Shown: positions 11,812 through 23,537 of the stretch, one piece after another
Position numbering within the stretch: position 1 is the first letter of the stretch
How the letters are laid out: the number at the start of each line of letters is the position of its first letter
Assembly: GCA_037379345.1 (NCBI GenBank)
Contig: CM074511.1
Location: 57,852,862-57,916,861, forward strand
Reading direction: 5' to 3'
From: Perna viridis
Taxonomy: Eukaryota
Length of the DNA: 64,000 nt
Made by a program: the position numbers and the translations under genes
Notes under the pieces: generated by a model
The model's database searches: none
What the model saw: only the letters and a program-made list of their open reading frames with translations
What the model was told of the DNA's origin: nothing

Positions 11812-12329
11812 TTGGTTGATTGATTGTTGGGGTTTAACGTCCGAGCAGCAATATCTCAGCTATATTCAGACGATGAACATGAAATGGATGATAAAATGAA
11901 CATGAAATTATGAAATGAAAAAAAGGGATGGGACACAGGGACAACAGGATCGAAAAATTTTGATTGCCACTAGAAAAAGGGAGGGATGGGTAAGGTTGGG
12001 CAATTTAGCCTCCTGTGGCTGAGCGCAAAGGTTCATACTCCTACCGAATACCACAGCTAGGTTCTTTAACGTGCGATGAACGTGACATCTTTCCCAACAC
12101 GGTGCACCACTATGGTTTGCGGCCAGGTTTTCCGTATTATAGCCTGACAACCCCAGCATGTAATACGCCAGGGGTACCCCATTCCACCACCTGGGGCACA
12201 CAACCCAGTTGCTCTGTGGGCAGAGCACCTAGCCCCCGGCTAGGTTTCGGAGCACTGTTTAGTCGCCTTTTACGACAAGCTTAGCGCCACTGCAGGCCTA
12301 TATTTTTGACACCCGGACCTGCACTGGGC
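11812..12329 (-). mobile_element. Full-length SINE-like non-autonomous retroelement (V-domain-like body, aatc-type tail, no tRNA head)
   Basis: 13-bp TSD atctatatca(a/t)ga at 11799-11811 and 12330-12342. GC-rich body containing gcacgttaaagaacc. Minus-strand tail atatagctgagatattgctg...gacgttaaaccccaacaatcaatcaacc. Confidence 0.8.
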
Positions 12330-14218
12330 ATCTATATCATGACCTATATAAACGGAACAACGTGTAATTCATGACACAACAGAATACAAATTCGGTGTAC
12401 TTCAATATCATAAAAATATAAATTATTTCCAGAAGACACTAGCTATGAGAAGTGTGGCTAAAACTGCGCGATAAAGGATATAATAACAAAATTACCTAAC
12501 CCATAGGTAAACTCTGGGCAATAGTCAAAAGGAAAGTCCATATAACAAATTCCAATATTTAGGCAACAACTGACAGGAGTACGTAGGTACCAAGTTAGCA
12601 TAAATTTTGAAGATTGCGGGTCAATATGATAATACGATAATAGCCAAATTTCAAAATAGCGAACCTACATATAAATTAGACTGGCAATTTTTAAAATACT
12701 TTCAATTATACTTTTAAATATTGATTTTAAAACGGTCAGTGCTTTGCTCGGAGTGTATACAGACACGTGCTTTGATTTTTTTAATTATGGACAAAAATGG
12801 ATGAGAATGAGTTGTGTTACATATTTAACTGTTAATTATAACTTATACTGACCAAACCACCACAAACGACTAGTTACAACACCCCTCGTGTCATCGTTTA
12901 TGTTTTACGGTTCATTTTATATATTTTGTCATATATAAAGGCGTTCAAGTAGCAGTCTTTATAAAAATCAGACAGGAGGTGATTCGTGTATGTCGAAACC
13001 AACGGAAATTACTTTAAATTCTTATTCAGAAACCGTTACAGAATACATAAACAGTCATATTTTTTCATTTGATTGTTGCACTTTTGAGATAAAAAAATAT
13101 GTATATATAGATTGTGTGTGAAATTGTCTTCTCATAAATACAGATCTGAATACAGAAAGCAACACCGTTACATAAAACTACAGCAAATGTAGACTGAAAA
13201 GCATCATTTGTTCGGTGTGTTTTCTACACCACGAATCACCTCTACCATAGGCAGTGCCTGAATATTATACGGACTGTTACTTAGATAAATAGCAAATTGA
13301 AAACTCTCTACTGTTGCTTTCTGTATGGTAAGTGTTTCAAATTTTGAACTATATTCCAGCTATGGTTACAAATTACACCAGTATGGTATGACAATCAATT
13401 GCTTATTCTATTTATTTACTACTTTATTGAACATACCTTGCAGTTATGAGACATAGTTAAAAAAAAACTGCCATCTTTTTGAAAATACAGTAAAGTAGGA
13501 ATTCGAGCAGGATTATTTTATTGTTTTTATCAATTAAAGCACATTTTTATTGTCACGAAATCTACTCTCAAAATGTCTTGCATTTGTATGATTCGGAACT
13601 ACTCGGTCATTTCCATTACACTTTTTGTGTAACAAGAAAGCCTGAGTTGTTCCGATTGCATTTTTCAGTTGTCGAACACAGAGCGAGGGTAATAGGTGGC
13701 ACGTTTTAATACCTCAATATACATGATTAGCTACTTTAACAAAAAATCACCATTTATTCGCTTTTTGGAAAATTCGCTTTATTTTTATATTGTCACGCAA
13801 TGTTATGTCTCAAGACGTACCGTAGTCTAAATTTACTCTAATTTTGTACCCTCCTCCTAATGTGCAGCTTCAGATAATTTCTCATAGTACCTGTTGGAAG
13901 TGATATAAAATGTATTATATTGAAACTGAAGTACATTTGGCTTTGTCGTGGTGAATTGTGCGTTGACTTGTTCACTTTGTGTCATGCACTGCTTCATTTG
14001 TATTGGCACACTTTAATCGCCTCTTAACTGCACTTTACGTTTTTTTTCGGTCTTGTATCTGCTTTCATAGCCAATGGGAACAAATAGTACCATACTTCTC
14101 ATCGATTGGCCCTTTCCTTTGTTCTTATAAAGTCGACTGAATTTTAGTGTCTGTCCTGTATTTTTCCGTCTGACTCATGCACGCCATAGAAGTACTTGAC
14201 CAAATAAGCTGTCAGAAC

Positions 14219-14531
14219 CACAGGCACTTGGGATCAGGATTTATTTTATTATTTTCCTAAAAATATCATTAAATCATTTTGTTTCCATATTTGAGTTATT
14301 ATGCGTGTTATCTGACATGTCCGCTTGCTATTTATTGCTGATTATACTATGTCTAGTTGTCATCTTTATTAGAGAAGTATATAGATGAAAACTAGTCATA
14401 GTATAAACAGCAATAAATAGCAAGCGGACCTGTCAGAGAACACGCATAATAACTCAAATATGGAAACAAAATGATTTAATGATATTTTTTAGGAAAATAA
14501 AAAAAAAAAATCCTGGTCCCAAGTGCCTGTG
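14219..14531. mobile_element. Foldback MITE of P/hAT type
   Basis: About 145-bp near-perfect inverted arms, termini CACAGGCACTTGGG / CCCAAGTGCCTGTG, perfect 8-bp TSD gtcagaac (14211-14218, 14532-14539). Confidence 0.9.
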
Positions 14532-14853
14532 GTCAGAACAGGATTCTGTAACTCGATTCGGATTCGGCATATGTTTCAAGAAAACTAGATGACACTTACT
14601 CTCATGCATGCTTCCAGGTTGTCTTTTAGAGGTTTGGTCGCTTTTTACCGTTTAATTTATTGAACGGAACTTTGTCGGGGATAGTGTCAAATAAAGGTTA
14701 ATAATAAATTATCAAACTGAACAAAAAATCTGGTCAATAGTCAAAAGAAATACTCAGAAAGTCTGTGTAAAATAAAGCAATATCAAGGAAAACCCGGAAA
14801 GTTGGAAACAACCGCATGGTCCGCAGATACAACGTGAAAAACGGCAGACTGCA

Positions 14854-15044
14854 ACCGGTGTACCTGGTCCATGCTCCCAGTTTTTAGTGGAGTCCGAGTT
14901 GCTCATTTGCTTTTGTTACTTTGTGTGTATGATTTTACTTACTTTATGCTCTTTGTTGTGTATGTCTGTTTTCCATGTCAGGTCTTTGTCCCTGGATTAC
15001 ATTCTTTTGGTTACCGCTATACCTTGGTTCCCTTGATTACTCTT
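14854..15044 (+). mobile_element. 5'-truncated 3' end of the Naiad-type Penelope-like element
   Basis: Matches 60233-60420 and shares the 3' terminus ttgattactctt. Confidence 0.88.
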
Positions 15045-16619
15045 CAACGAACTGCAAGAAGTTTCCTATATCTAGGGTCTGTCTCCGACTGACCTCTGAA
15101 ACGACAAACAGACCATTCCTTGATAATTTTCTGAGCAGGCTCAGTTGGTATGTATACTTTCGCGAAGTTACACCCTCCTGTAAAAACTATGTTTCCACCA
15201 TATCTATATACATCTGTATAAATTCAATAGAATTTTGCCCCAAAAAATGACACACATTTGAGTGCCTTTAACCTAAAAATAGAATTCGACAGACGAGGAC
15301 TGATGTTATACAATACGTTTTAAATATAGCGCAAATAAGATATTGATTGCGGAGAGTCACACGTCACAACGAACGGGCCATCCGGAAATCTACACTCCAT
15401 TTAAGTTATAAGATTGTAAGTCCATTAATCCTTTCTAACATTTGAGAGATAAAATAACAGCGTTGCTTACTTGAAGTGAAAGCAAATCGATGAAAGGTAA
15501 GACTCTGTGTATTGATTTTCATATTAAAAATGAAGTTGCTAAACTTCTAGTTATTTTAAGAGTTTGTTTGCATTTGTAATATTGATAGCTCGGTTTACTG
15601 TAGGGCTTTAAATGGCACGAAATGTTGCGGGTGATTTAGCATGGATGTTGTTATTTTATAACCTGTGTACAAATAATATTTTCAAATAGGAATTCATTTT
15701 CGACATAGCCGCTTTTGAAGTAACAAGAGCTATATACATATTAAAATCCAACTGGAAACCGAGCTGCACGAAGACTGAACAAAAAAATTGCAAGCGCCTG
15801 AAAAAAAAAAAAACAAACAAAAAATAAACAAAACAAAACAAAACGAGGAAGTGGATCGAAATTAACACGCCACGTGAAAGCAGAACATCGCAGGTCCTGC
15901 GAAAGAAAAGGGACGAAACTTCAAACGACTCTAATAAAAGCAAACATTATGTACAGACCATGTCACAGACACCTATGAATACTCAGAGTGCAGAAACAAG
16001 GGAAGTATCGTATATCCCTATCCCTATCATTGTGAGAAGTAGTAGTCCATATCAGAAGCGGATGTTATGATTAGTTTCGGAAATGTAGTTAACAAATGTC
16101 TTATGCTTAATCACTTTATTCTTCTTAAATATTATGTTATTCAAAAATTCAAATGTTTTTGGTACTAGTGTGTTTTTGTCTAACAGGTTATGCAAAAGCA
16201 CGTATTGTGATTTATCTGTGTTTCAACGTACATTTGAACAAAGATAATAAATAATACCGAAATTTAAACGAAGACAATAAATTATATATATATATATTCT
16301 AGAACTATGTTTGTGGTAGGTATATTGATGTAGGTATATTGATTAAAATAAAGTACATGCACTATTATGTGGACTGAATATGTAAGTATTTTTGAATTTT
16401 TCTGCACTGAACTTAGTATTAGCCTCTAGTGCTGCGTACGTTGTGATTCGGATTCGATTGTGGTAAACCCATTATTTCTAATATTCATAAATCACTAGAT
16501 TTAACTAATATTTGTTTTTAATGCATACGCAGAAACAAACAACCGTCGATAGAAATTAATCTTATAAGTGTTGAACTGTATATTTTAAGATTCAAACAAT
16601 AAGTCTAAAATGACTGACA

Positions 16620-19373
16620 ATGATCGAAATAGAAATAGAAAATGAGGTGACACCAAACCAAGAATTAAAAGAAGAAATACCTGAATTTCATGAGGATGGA
16701 GAAATAGCAGCTTCTCAACAAAACCAGAAAGGGCCTAGACACCGCCTTGAAGTAAAAAATAGAAGTTATCTTGAAAATATCAGAGAGGGGTAAGTTTAAT
16801 AAAAGTAAAGATGCACTGAGTCCATTGAGATTGGATGAGCGTAGTGCATTTATTAATAAACTATATCAACCTAAGGTATTAAAGAATGCAGTGTTGGATC
16901 CAGAGGGGGTGCATGGGGTAGGCAACCCCCTTTTTTAAATGTCAATTTCATGTGTAAAATTGACAAAAAAATGGTAAATAATGTCCTAGCACCCACATTT
17001 ATTGAGGAGCGAATCTGGGCTGACACCCCTCCTATTCAAAGTATCTGGATCCGGCCCTGGAATGCATTTTACTTGCGAAGTTAAACTTTTCGACACAGGG
17101 CATGTTTCAAATCATGCGTACAACCGATGAATTTGTCTCTGAAGTTATTGGTTTAATGTTATTGAAAACTCCTGAGTCCACGAGTATTACAATTATATTA
17201 AAGGCGAAAAACAATTTTCGGTCAACCAAAAATATATAGTGTGAGAAAAACCTTTGAGAAAAGTTTTTAAACAATAGATGTGTGTGTGTCTTCAAGCTAG
17301 TAATTCGAAACGTGCAATTACCTCAAATTTAAACTAATTCGAAACGTTTTGTGCTTGCATGTCATCATTTTCTATTTAGACAAGACTTTTCATAACCTTT
17401 CAGGCCTTATATCACCCACAATGTGATGATAACGCATGCCGAGTTCCTGAAGTCCACCAACAAAGACAAGTCATTAAGGGTTTTCAGGATATCCCCCACT
17501 GGAGGTGGCTACAACTATTGTGGGGACATTTTTGCACTAATAACATGGTATTTTCTCGTTGTCTTCATTATTGCTGTCATTCCAGTAAGTACATTCGATA
17601 AAGTTTTATGGGTTCATAAATACAAAAGATTTTGCGATTGTTTTCATAATAATGATCATATACTCATGGAATAGTAGACCATTCCTTCTTTACGTGTTAG
17701 AGGCGCACCTAATTTAAAGAAAGATTTAAGTAATCATATACATATGTAACTTTAAATAGAATAGTTATATGATTTCAGATTCGAGTACTGATTTTTTTAA
17801 TGCTAATTTGAAATAATACTGTTGATAACAGTTCTGGAAATTTTAGTTTGTTCATGCCTTGAATATCAGTGTATGCATTTTACAGTTATGTTATGTTAGG
17901 AGAACCAACATATTTTTAATTACATGTATTATAAGTGAACAACATACATTTGCTTTAAACTTAACAATTTAATCATTTCAGCTAGCCTGCTACTGTGAGA
18001 ACTCCATGTTAAATATTGCCAATGCTATTATTTTGACTATAATCCTCATGTATCACCTCGTAGCAGTCTATGCTGTGACCAAAAATTGCAAGAAGTTCCG
18101 AAGAGCATGGTACATAACAGATGTATGTGATAAACTTCTCATTCGAAGTTATGTAGATATACAATAATGCTTTCACACATCCTTCCGTACAAAACACCCT
18201 TAAATTCAGTCTTCATCAGATATTAAGATAAGTTACTTTTTAAGTGTCTAGAACATTTCAAATGTCAAGGTTGCAGGTAAAAGTGCTTGGTCATACAGTC
18301 AAGTTTGTCATCGCTATGGGATGCGTCAGTTCCCGTTCATTGTCTGCATACCCGTTATACACTGAGCACGGTATAATATTCTGAGCTACATTTGAAGTGT
18401 GTTTACATACGTTGGAGTAGAAAAGGTGTGCTTTCGTGTATATCTGAACTGATCACAGATGTTACTACCCTTAAATGGGTAGATTGAAAAATAAAATATG
18501 TTGTGAATTTGTTCAGATAAGCATAAATAAGAATAATAAATAAGTGAACAATAGATACGTGTAAAAGGTAAAAGGGGACTAAATAAAACACATTAAATAC
18601 AGAAAGTGATGCCCAAATTTTCGGCCTTACGACGTTTGTCATGGGCAAAGTATTTTAAAAGTGAAGAACGACAGAAACGCAGTCAAAACTTTATATAGAA
18701 GATCAATTGTCTACTATACTACAAGTGAAAGGTGTGAAGTAAATATATTTTAATTGCAGACTCCAGTAGATAAATACATGGGCCTCCAGAATTATTTCGT
18801 GGATGTCACCATAGACAATGTACTAAATATCAACTTCCTCAACAGTGGTCAGAAACAGAAAATTGTTACCATGCTAGCTGAAAGACAAAGTATGTAATGA
18901 ATTAGCAAGTGAGACCAGAAACGAATTCGATTATGGTGCTGTTCACTATATTTTTTGTATATTTTTGAAGACCATAATAATATTGATGAAAAGCTTTGTG
19001 CATTTTACTTTTGGTAAAAGATACGTAAAAGATCAATCATCACAATGGGCCTATTTCGTACCCCAAAGATGTATGATTACGTGAAAGATCGAACAATTCA
19101 AGTGGCTAACTGATGTACATGAACATTTTATCGTATTTTTTTATTGCAAGAACAATTGTAATACCTCAATGGATTTTTTTAAATCGTACAAACAATATTA
19201 TTTGTTATGCTATTGTAAGAATTTTTTTCTACATTTCAGCGAGAAGTATGGTACTTATGCTCTGTACCAAGTCTTACTGGAAAAATAGAGTTACCGCCCC
19301 TGTGATATGTTTGTCAGTGACTGCAGTTTTAAGTTTAATAGGGATATTTGTTCAAATCGTTACGTTGAGGTGA
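16620..19373 (+). CDS. Uncharacterised 251-aa membrane protein (acidic N-terminus, three predicted TM helices)
   Basis: Phase-consistent exons 16620-16789, 17404-17584, 17982-18122, 18760-18889, 19240-19373 (756 nt, open). Acceptor at 16532, candidate upstream non-coding exon with donor at 15497, AATAAA at 19816-19821. Hydrophobic segments IFALITWYFLVVFIIAVIPLAC, IANAIILTIILMYHLVAVYAV, VICLSVTAVLSLIGIFVQIV. Confidence 0.8.
16889..17059. mobile_element. MITE with CAG...CTG termini and a 5-bp TSD, intronic
   Basis: Ends cagtgttggatccag / ctggatccggccctg; TSD gaatg at 16884-16888 and 17060-17064. Confidence 0.8.
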
Positions 19374-20112
19374 AACCATCTTTTACTCATTTTATGGATT
19401 TGTTATTATTTAATGATATTCTTTATTATATGGTGTAACTGTGTGGCAGTGTTTTACGAATCTTCCAATTCCAGCAGCCTGAAAAGGGACGTTTTATTCA
19501 ATATGTCAGGCTAATTTTTAATGTTATTGTATAAGGGTCAATATACACTGCATTGTGACTGTTGCTACTAACCCTTGCATTGTGAATTTGCCTTATATCA
19601 CAAATTTTACTTAAGACTCCTGTATATTACATATTTATGTTCTTTTATAAATGTATATAGGATCATGACCCAGAATGAGATGCAAAATGTTTGTCAGCAA
19701 GTTACTTTAGGTGTGGATTTTTTAGGTTTTAAACTAAGCGATAAAATATTATTTGGAATGTATGTTGTAAATTGAATGCATATTTATAGAGATTTTTATT
19801 ATTTGTTTTTTTTCCAATAAAATGTTGAAATATTTGTTTCAGTCCATTTCTTATTTGATCTCATAAACAAAAAGGCTAATTGTAGGCATGAAGAAAAATC
19901 CAGAAATATCAGTAAAAACGGAATGAATAATACATTTTAGTACACATTTACAATAATTTACGTTGTAATTTATGCATGAGTTTGCTCCCAATAAGGGGCT
20001 TGCTCACGACTTGTAGTACTGCAATTACTATACAGAGTTACCTTCAAGGAAACATGATAATAGTTCGGAAAAACGGCTTGGTAGTAAAACTGAAAATCGA
20101 GGAAAAACCGGA

Positions 20113-22818
20113 AGACGTAGCGTACGGTGTTGGCGTCATTTTTGGTAACGTCGAAATTGGCAAAATTTGACGTCTTTTTGTATTGCGACGTACATCGTTC
20201 TATAACTGTTACATGTAAAGTGTGCATAATTATTTTTTTACATATAACACACATAACATGTTTTATTATTTAATTATCCGATTCGATAGTAATTTTTCGT
20301 ACGTTTTGGTCAATTGAAACATCAGATTACATCCTGATATGGTAAACAGTTTGGCATCAACCATTTAAAAATGATTTGAAGGAAATTTTATCCTATGAGA
20401 AAAATGTTAGGAATTATGTAAACAAATTTCGTGATGCGAAAAAAGGTAAAACGCCCATACTGAAATAGAAAGCCAACTAACCTACAGGCAAAAACGTCAG
20501 TAGCAACCCCCCCCCCCCCCTTGGAAATCATATTGTGAAAGAGTATAAAGTGAATCTTTCCTATTTGATTTTATATCTCTAATGTAGATGTATGTTAATA
20601 TTTCCGAATACATGTACTCGTTTTTGAATTTCATAAGGTCTGTTGCTAAACATAAAAAATTGCTAAACATTACGAGAAAACAAAATCTTGGCAAATCTCC
20701 CTCTTTGGAAAATCTGAAAGCGAAATCCCCCGTTTTTATTATACGAGGAAAAAAACTTGCGGTCGTATAATGTTATGGCGCAGTCGTCGTCGTCCGCGTC
20801 ATCGTCGTCGTGGTCTGGGGACACTTCGTTTTCGTGTGATAACTTTAGTTGTGGTTGACGAATTGTTCTGAAATGTTGATATGAATTTACCAACAAAGAA
20901 GATTCCTATTTAATTTGGACTTTATTGCCCCTGCCGCTTTAGAAAAAAGGGCCAAAAAGGGCAAAAATATGTATTTTATTAAAACCCATGTAGATTTTTT
21001 TTTATTATTCTTCAATGGTTTCCACATTAATATTCCTACCTGCATTTTTCAATTAGATTTCGGATATCTCTTACGGTTTTCGAGGTATAAGGGGTCAAAA
21101 AGGCCACATCAGAATAAATCGGTTTTTTTTTTTTGTTTTTGGTCCGATTTAAAAAAAAATAAAAAAAATATTTTTGCGATATTTGTACAGCTTATTATAT
21201 CTTATAGCTAAAATAATTGTCAAGAGGTAATTAGACGATCATGAAATACGTTGATTTTACAAATTTCACTAGCGAATGTGCAAGCGCGTGTCTACACATT
21301 TCAATATACTTTGAGCAGGCACGCTGATCCCGATTTCACCAGGACATCATTGCATATGAACAGACAGGAGTGCGCGCTAGGGCTTTCTTTTTCTTATTTT
21401 CTTTTCAACATTTCTTTCATTATTTTATCAGATTCGCTAAAATCGTATTTTTTTTTATTCATTACGTCCACAGTCGTAATAATTTAATCCAGTATCGTAA
21501 CTTTTCAATACTTTTTATTGTTGTTAAAATAGACGTTAAAAGAGTTTTTACGTCGCAAAACAAAACGTTACTTTGGAAACGTCAAAAATGCGCTTTGTGA
21601 CATTTTTGTTAGACACGGTTTTACATATATATACAACCCATTTGTTAAGCCAAAGAAAAAATGAAATGATAAAACCATAGAGGAGGATAAATACATTTTT
21701 AAGTATATGAAGAAATCGACTCAACACCATTTGCCTTTTTGAACAATTCGTTTGAATTCCACATGGTGTACGCGTGAATAAATAAAATATACAAATTTTA
21801 GATGTTGTGACAGTTTGGTTAGACACGGACAAAATGCTGCGCTTAGATACATGTTCAACCAAGTACCATTATTTTTAGAATATACTATCTGCAGCATATA
21901 TGCATATAAAATTCAAAATTTTATAGTTATTAGTTCACTCAAAGCTAACGAAAAAAGCTTTTGATAAAGACTGGGTAGCACGCAACGTGTAGAAAACGTC
22001 GAGAAAAAGACAACGTGATATCACAACATACGTGCGTATTTATTAGACAATAAAACTCATTATTTTTTAGAATAAACATGATATTCTGAATATTTATACA
22101 GTCCTTTAAGCGTGAATATACTTTGGTAAAAATACTATTTGTTGTTATATTTTGCAACCGTAAGCAAGAAAGTAGCCAATGGCCAACGTTGAAAAAAATT
22201 CAGATTTGTGATATAATTGAAATACGGACAAAATGGCTTTTAACAAAAAGACTGATTGAACATTTTATAGATAATACCATTGGGGTTTTGTAATAAATTG
22301 TCAAAATAGTTAAGAAAAGTCCCGATTAAAAAAAGCTGTTCGCACAACTTTAAAAAAAATGTCTAACATTTTGTCTTCGAATCGGTTTCTTTCCAGTTTT
22401 ACAATGGCCACATCAAAGGGGAGATATTTGTGACATTGTAATACGCTTTGATCTTATCATTACGTCATGAAAAAATATGACATCGTCTGCAACACAAACT
22501 GCTCTTTCCAAAAAGTTTGTTTTATCAAAATACGCCAAGAAACAACTTAGATATATTGGTGAAATGGGAAGCAAGCATTTCTTAATGTTACCCGTCCACA
22601 TATGAAAATGCACGTTCTTGTGATCGAACAATGCTTTCCCTCCACAATTAACGACATCTTTCAAAGATTTATGATTGTAATCTTAAAACAACAACCATTT
22701 TCGAACATTTTAATATCTATATAGCTTTTGATAACTCCACATTCTAATACCAATATTTCGGTTTTCGTAACCAGCCCCGGTTCAATCGAATGTGACGCCA
22801 ACAACGTACGCAACGTCT
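20113..22818. mobile_element. Probable ~2.7-kb non-autonomous DNA transposon
   Basis: 26-bp inverted repeats at 20113-20138 and 22793-22818 (24/26 match). No coding capacity and no clear TSD. Confidence 0.5.
20739..21230 (+). mobile_element. Helentron/Helitron-associated non-autonomous element (HINE-type); right boundary approximate
   Basis: T-rich insertion site, short inverted repeat TTATACGA/TCGTATAA, (GTC)n microsatellite, then a gataacttt-type body. Confidence 0.6.
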
Positions 22819-23537
22819 AACAGTGTCATAAAAGTGGAAGGTTAATGATTATGGTAAATGATTAGCAAACAATATTATTATGATTGGAGAACTGTCAGAA
22901 AAAGGGACAAAATATGTTATGACCCTGTGTATCTGTGTAAACAATGGTAATAATATCTTTTGGAAAACGCACGAGATTGAAAACCACCAATCATTAGTTA
23001 ACTTTTACATGTATGCTTCCCGTAAACATATCATGGGTAAAATTTAGGTTTATACATGTGTTTTATTAAAATTCTGAATCTGACAATTCAAACCTTTTAT
23101 ATGACTGTTTTTATAGCTGCTTGGGTACCGAGACATTGATGATAGAATAAACAGCTGATTAAAATATGGGGCATTAATGTAATTTAAGTGATACCCCGCC
23201 CCATAATGGTGAAAAAAGGGATATTGCAAAATGGCGTAGCTCGAGAGCTACATTTCTGATTTAGCCGGAAAAGAATGTTTTAGTTTACAATGTTTTGAAA
23301 TAGTATGTGTGTTTATGTGCGTCCTAGATTCGACTTCGGAAGAACGTTAACGATTAAATCAAGTTATTTCAAAATTGCTCCTTGCGTGCAAAGTCATCCC
23401 AGAAATGTAAGTACATACAAACTCGTATAACCTGTTTTAATGCTCGAATTTGGTTGATTGAACAAACCGGGTCCACTTGAATTGCCGGTTTGTTGTCACG
23501 TGGGAAGTGAGTTGATTAGACGTCTTTCAGTGACAAC

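Noticed and set aside
12250-12329. HDV-like ribozyme at the SINE head
   Set aside because: The GTCG/CGAC-TAA piece resembles P4-J4/2, but I could not assign P1, P1.1 and P3 of the nested double pseudoknot. Kept only as a generic structure.
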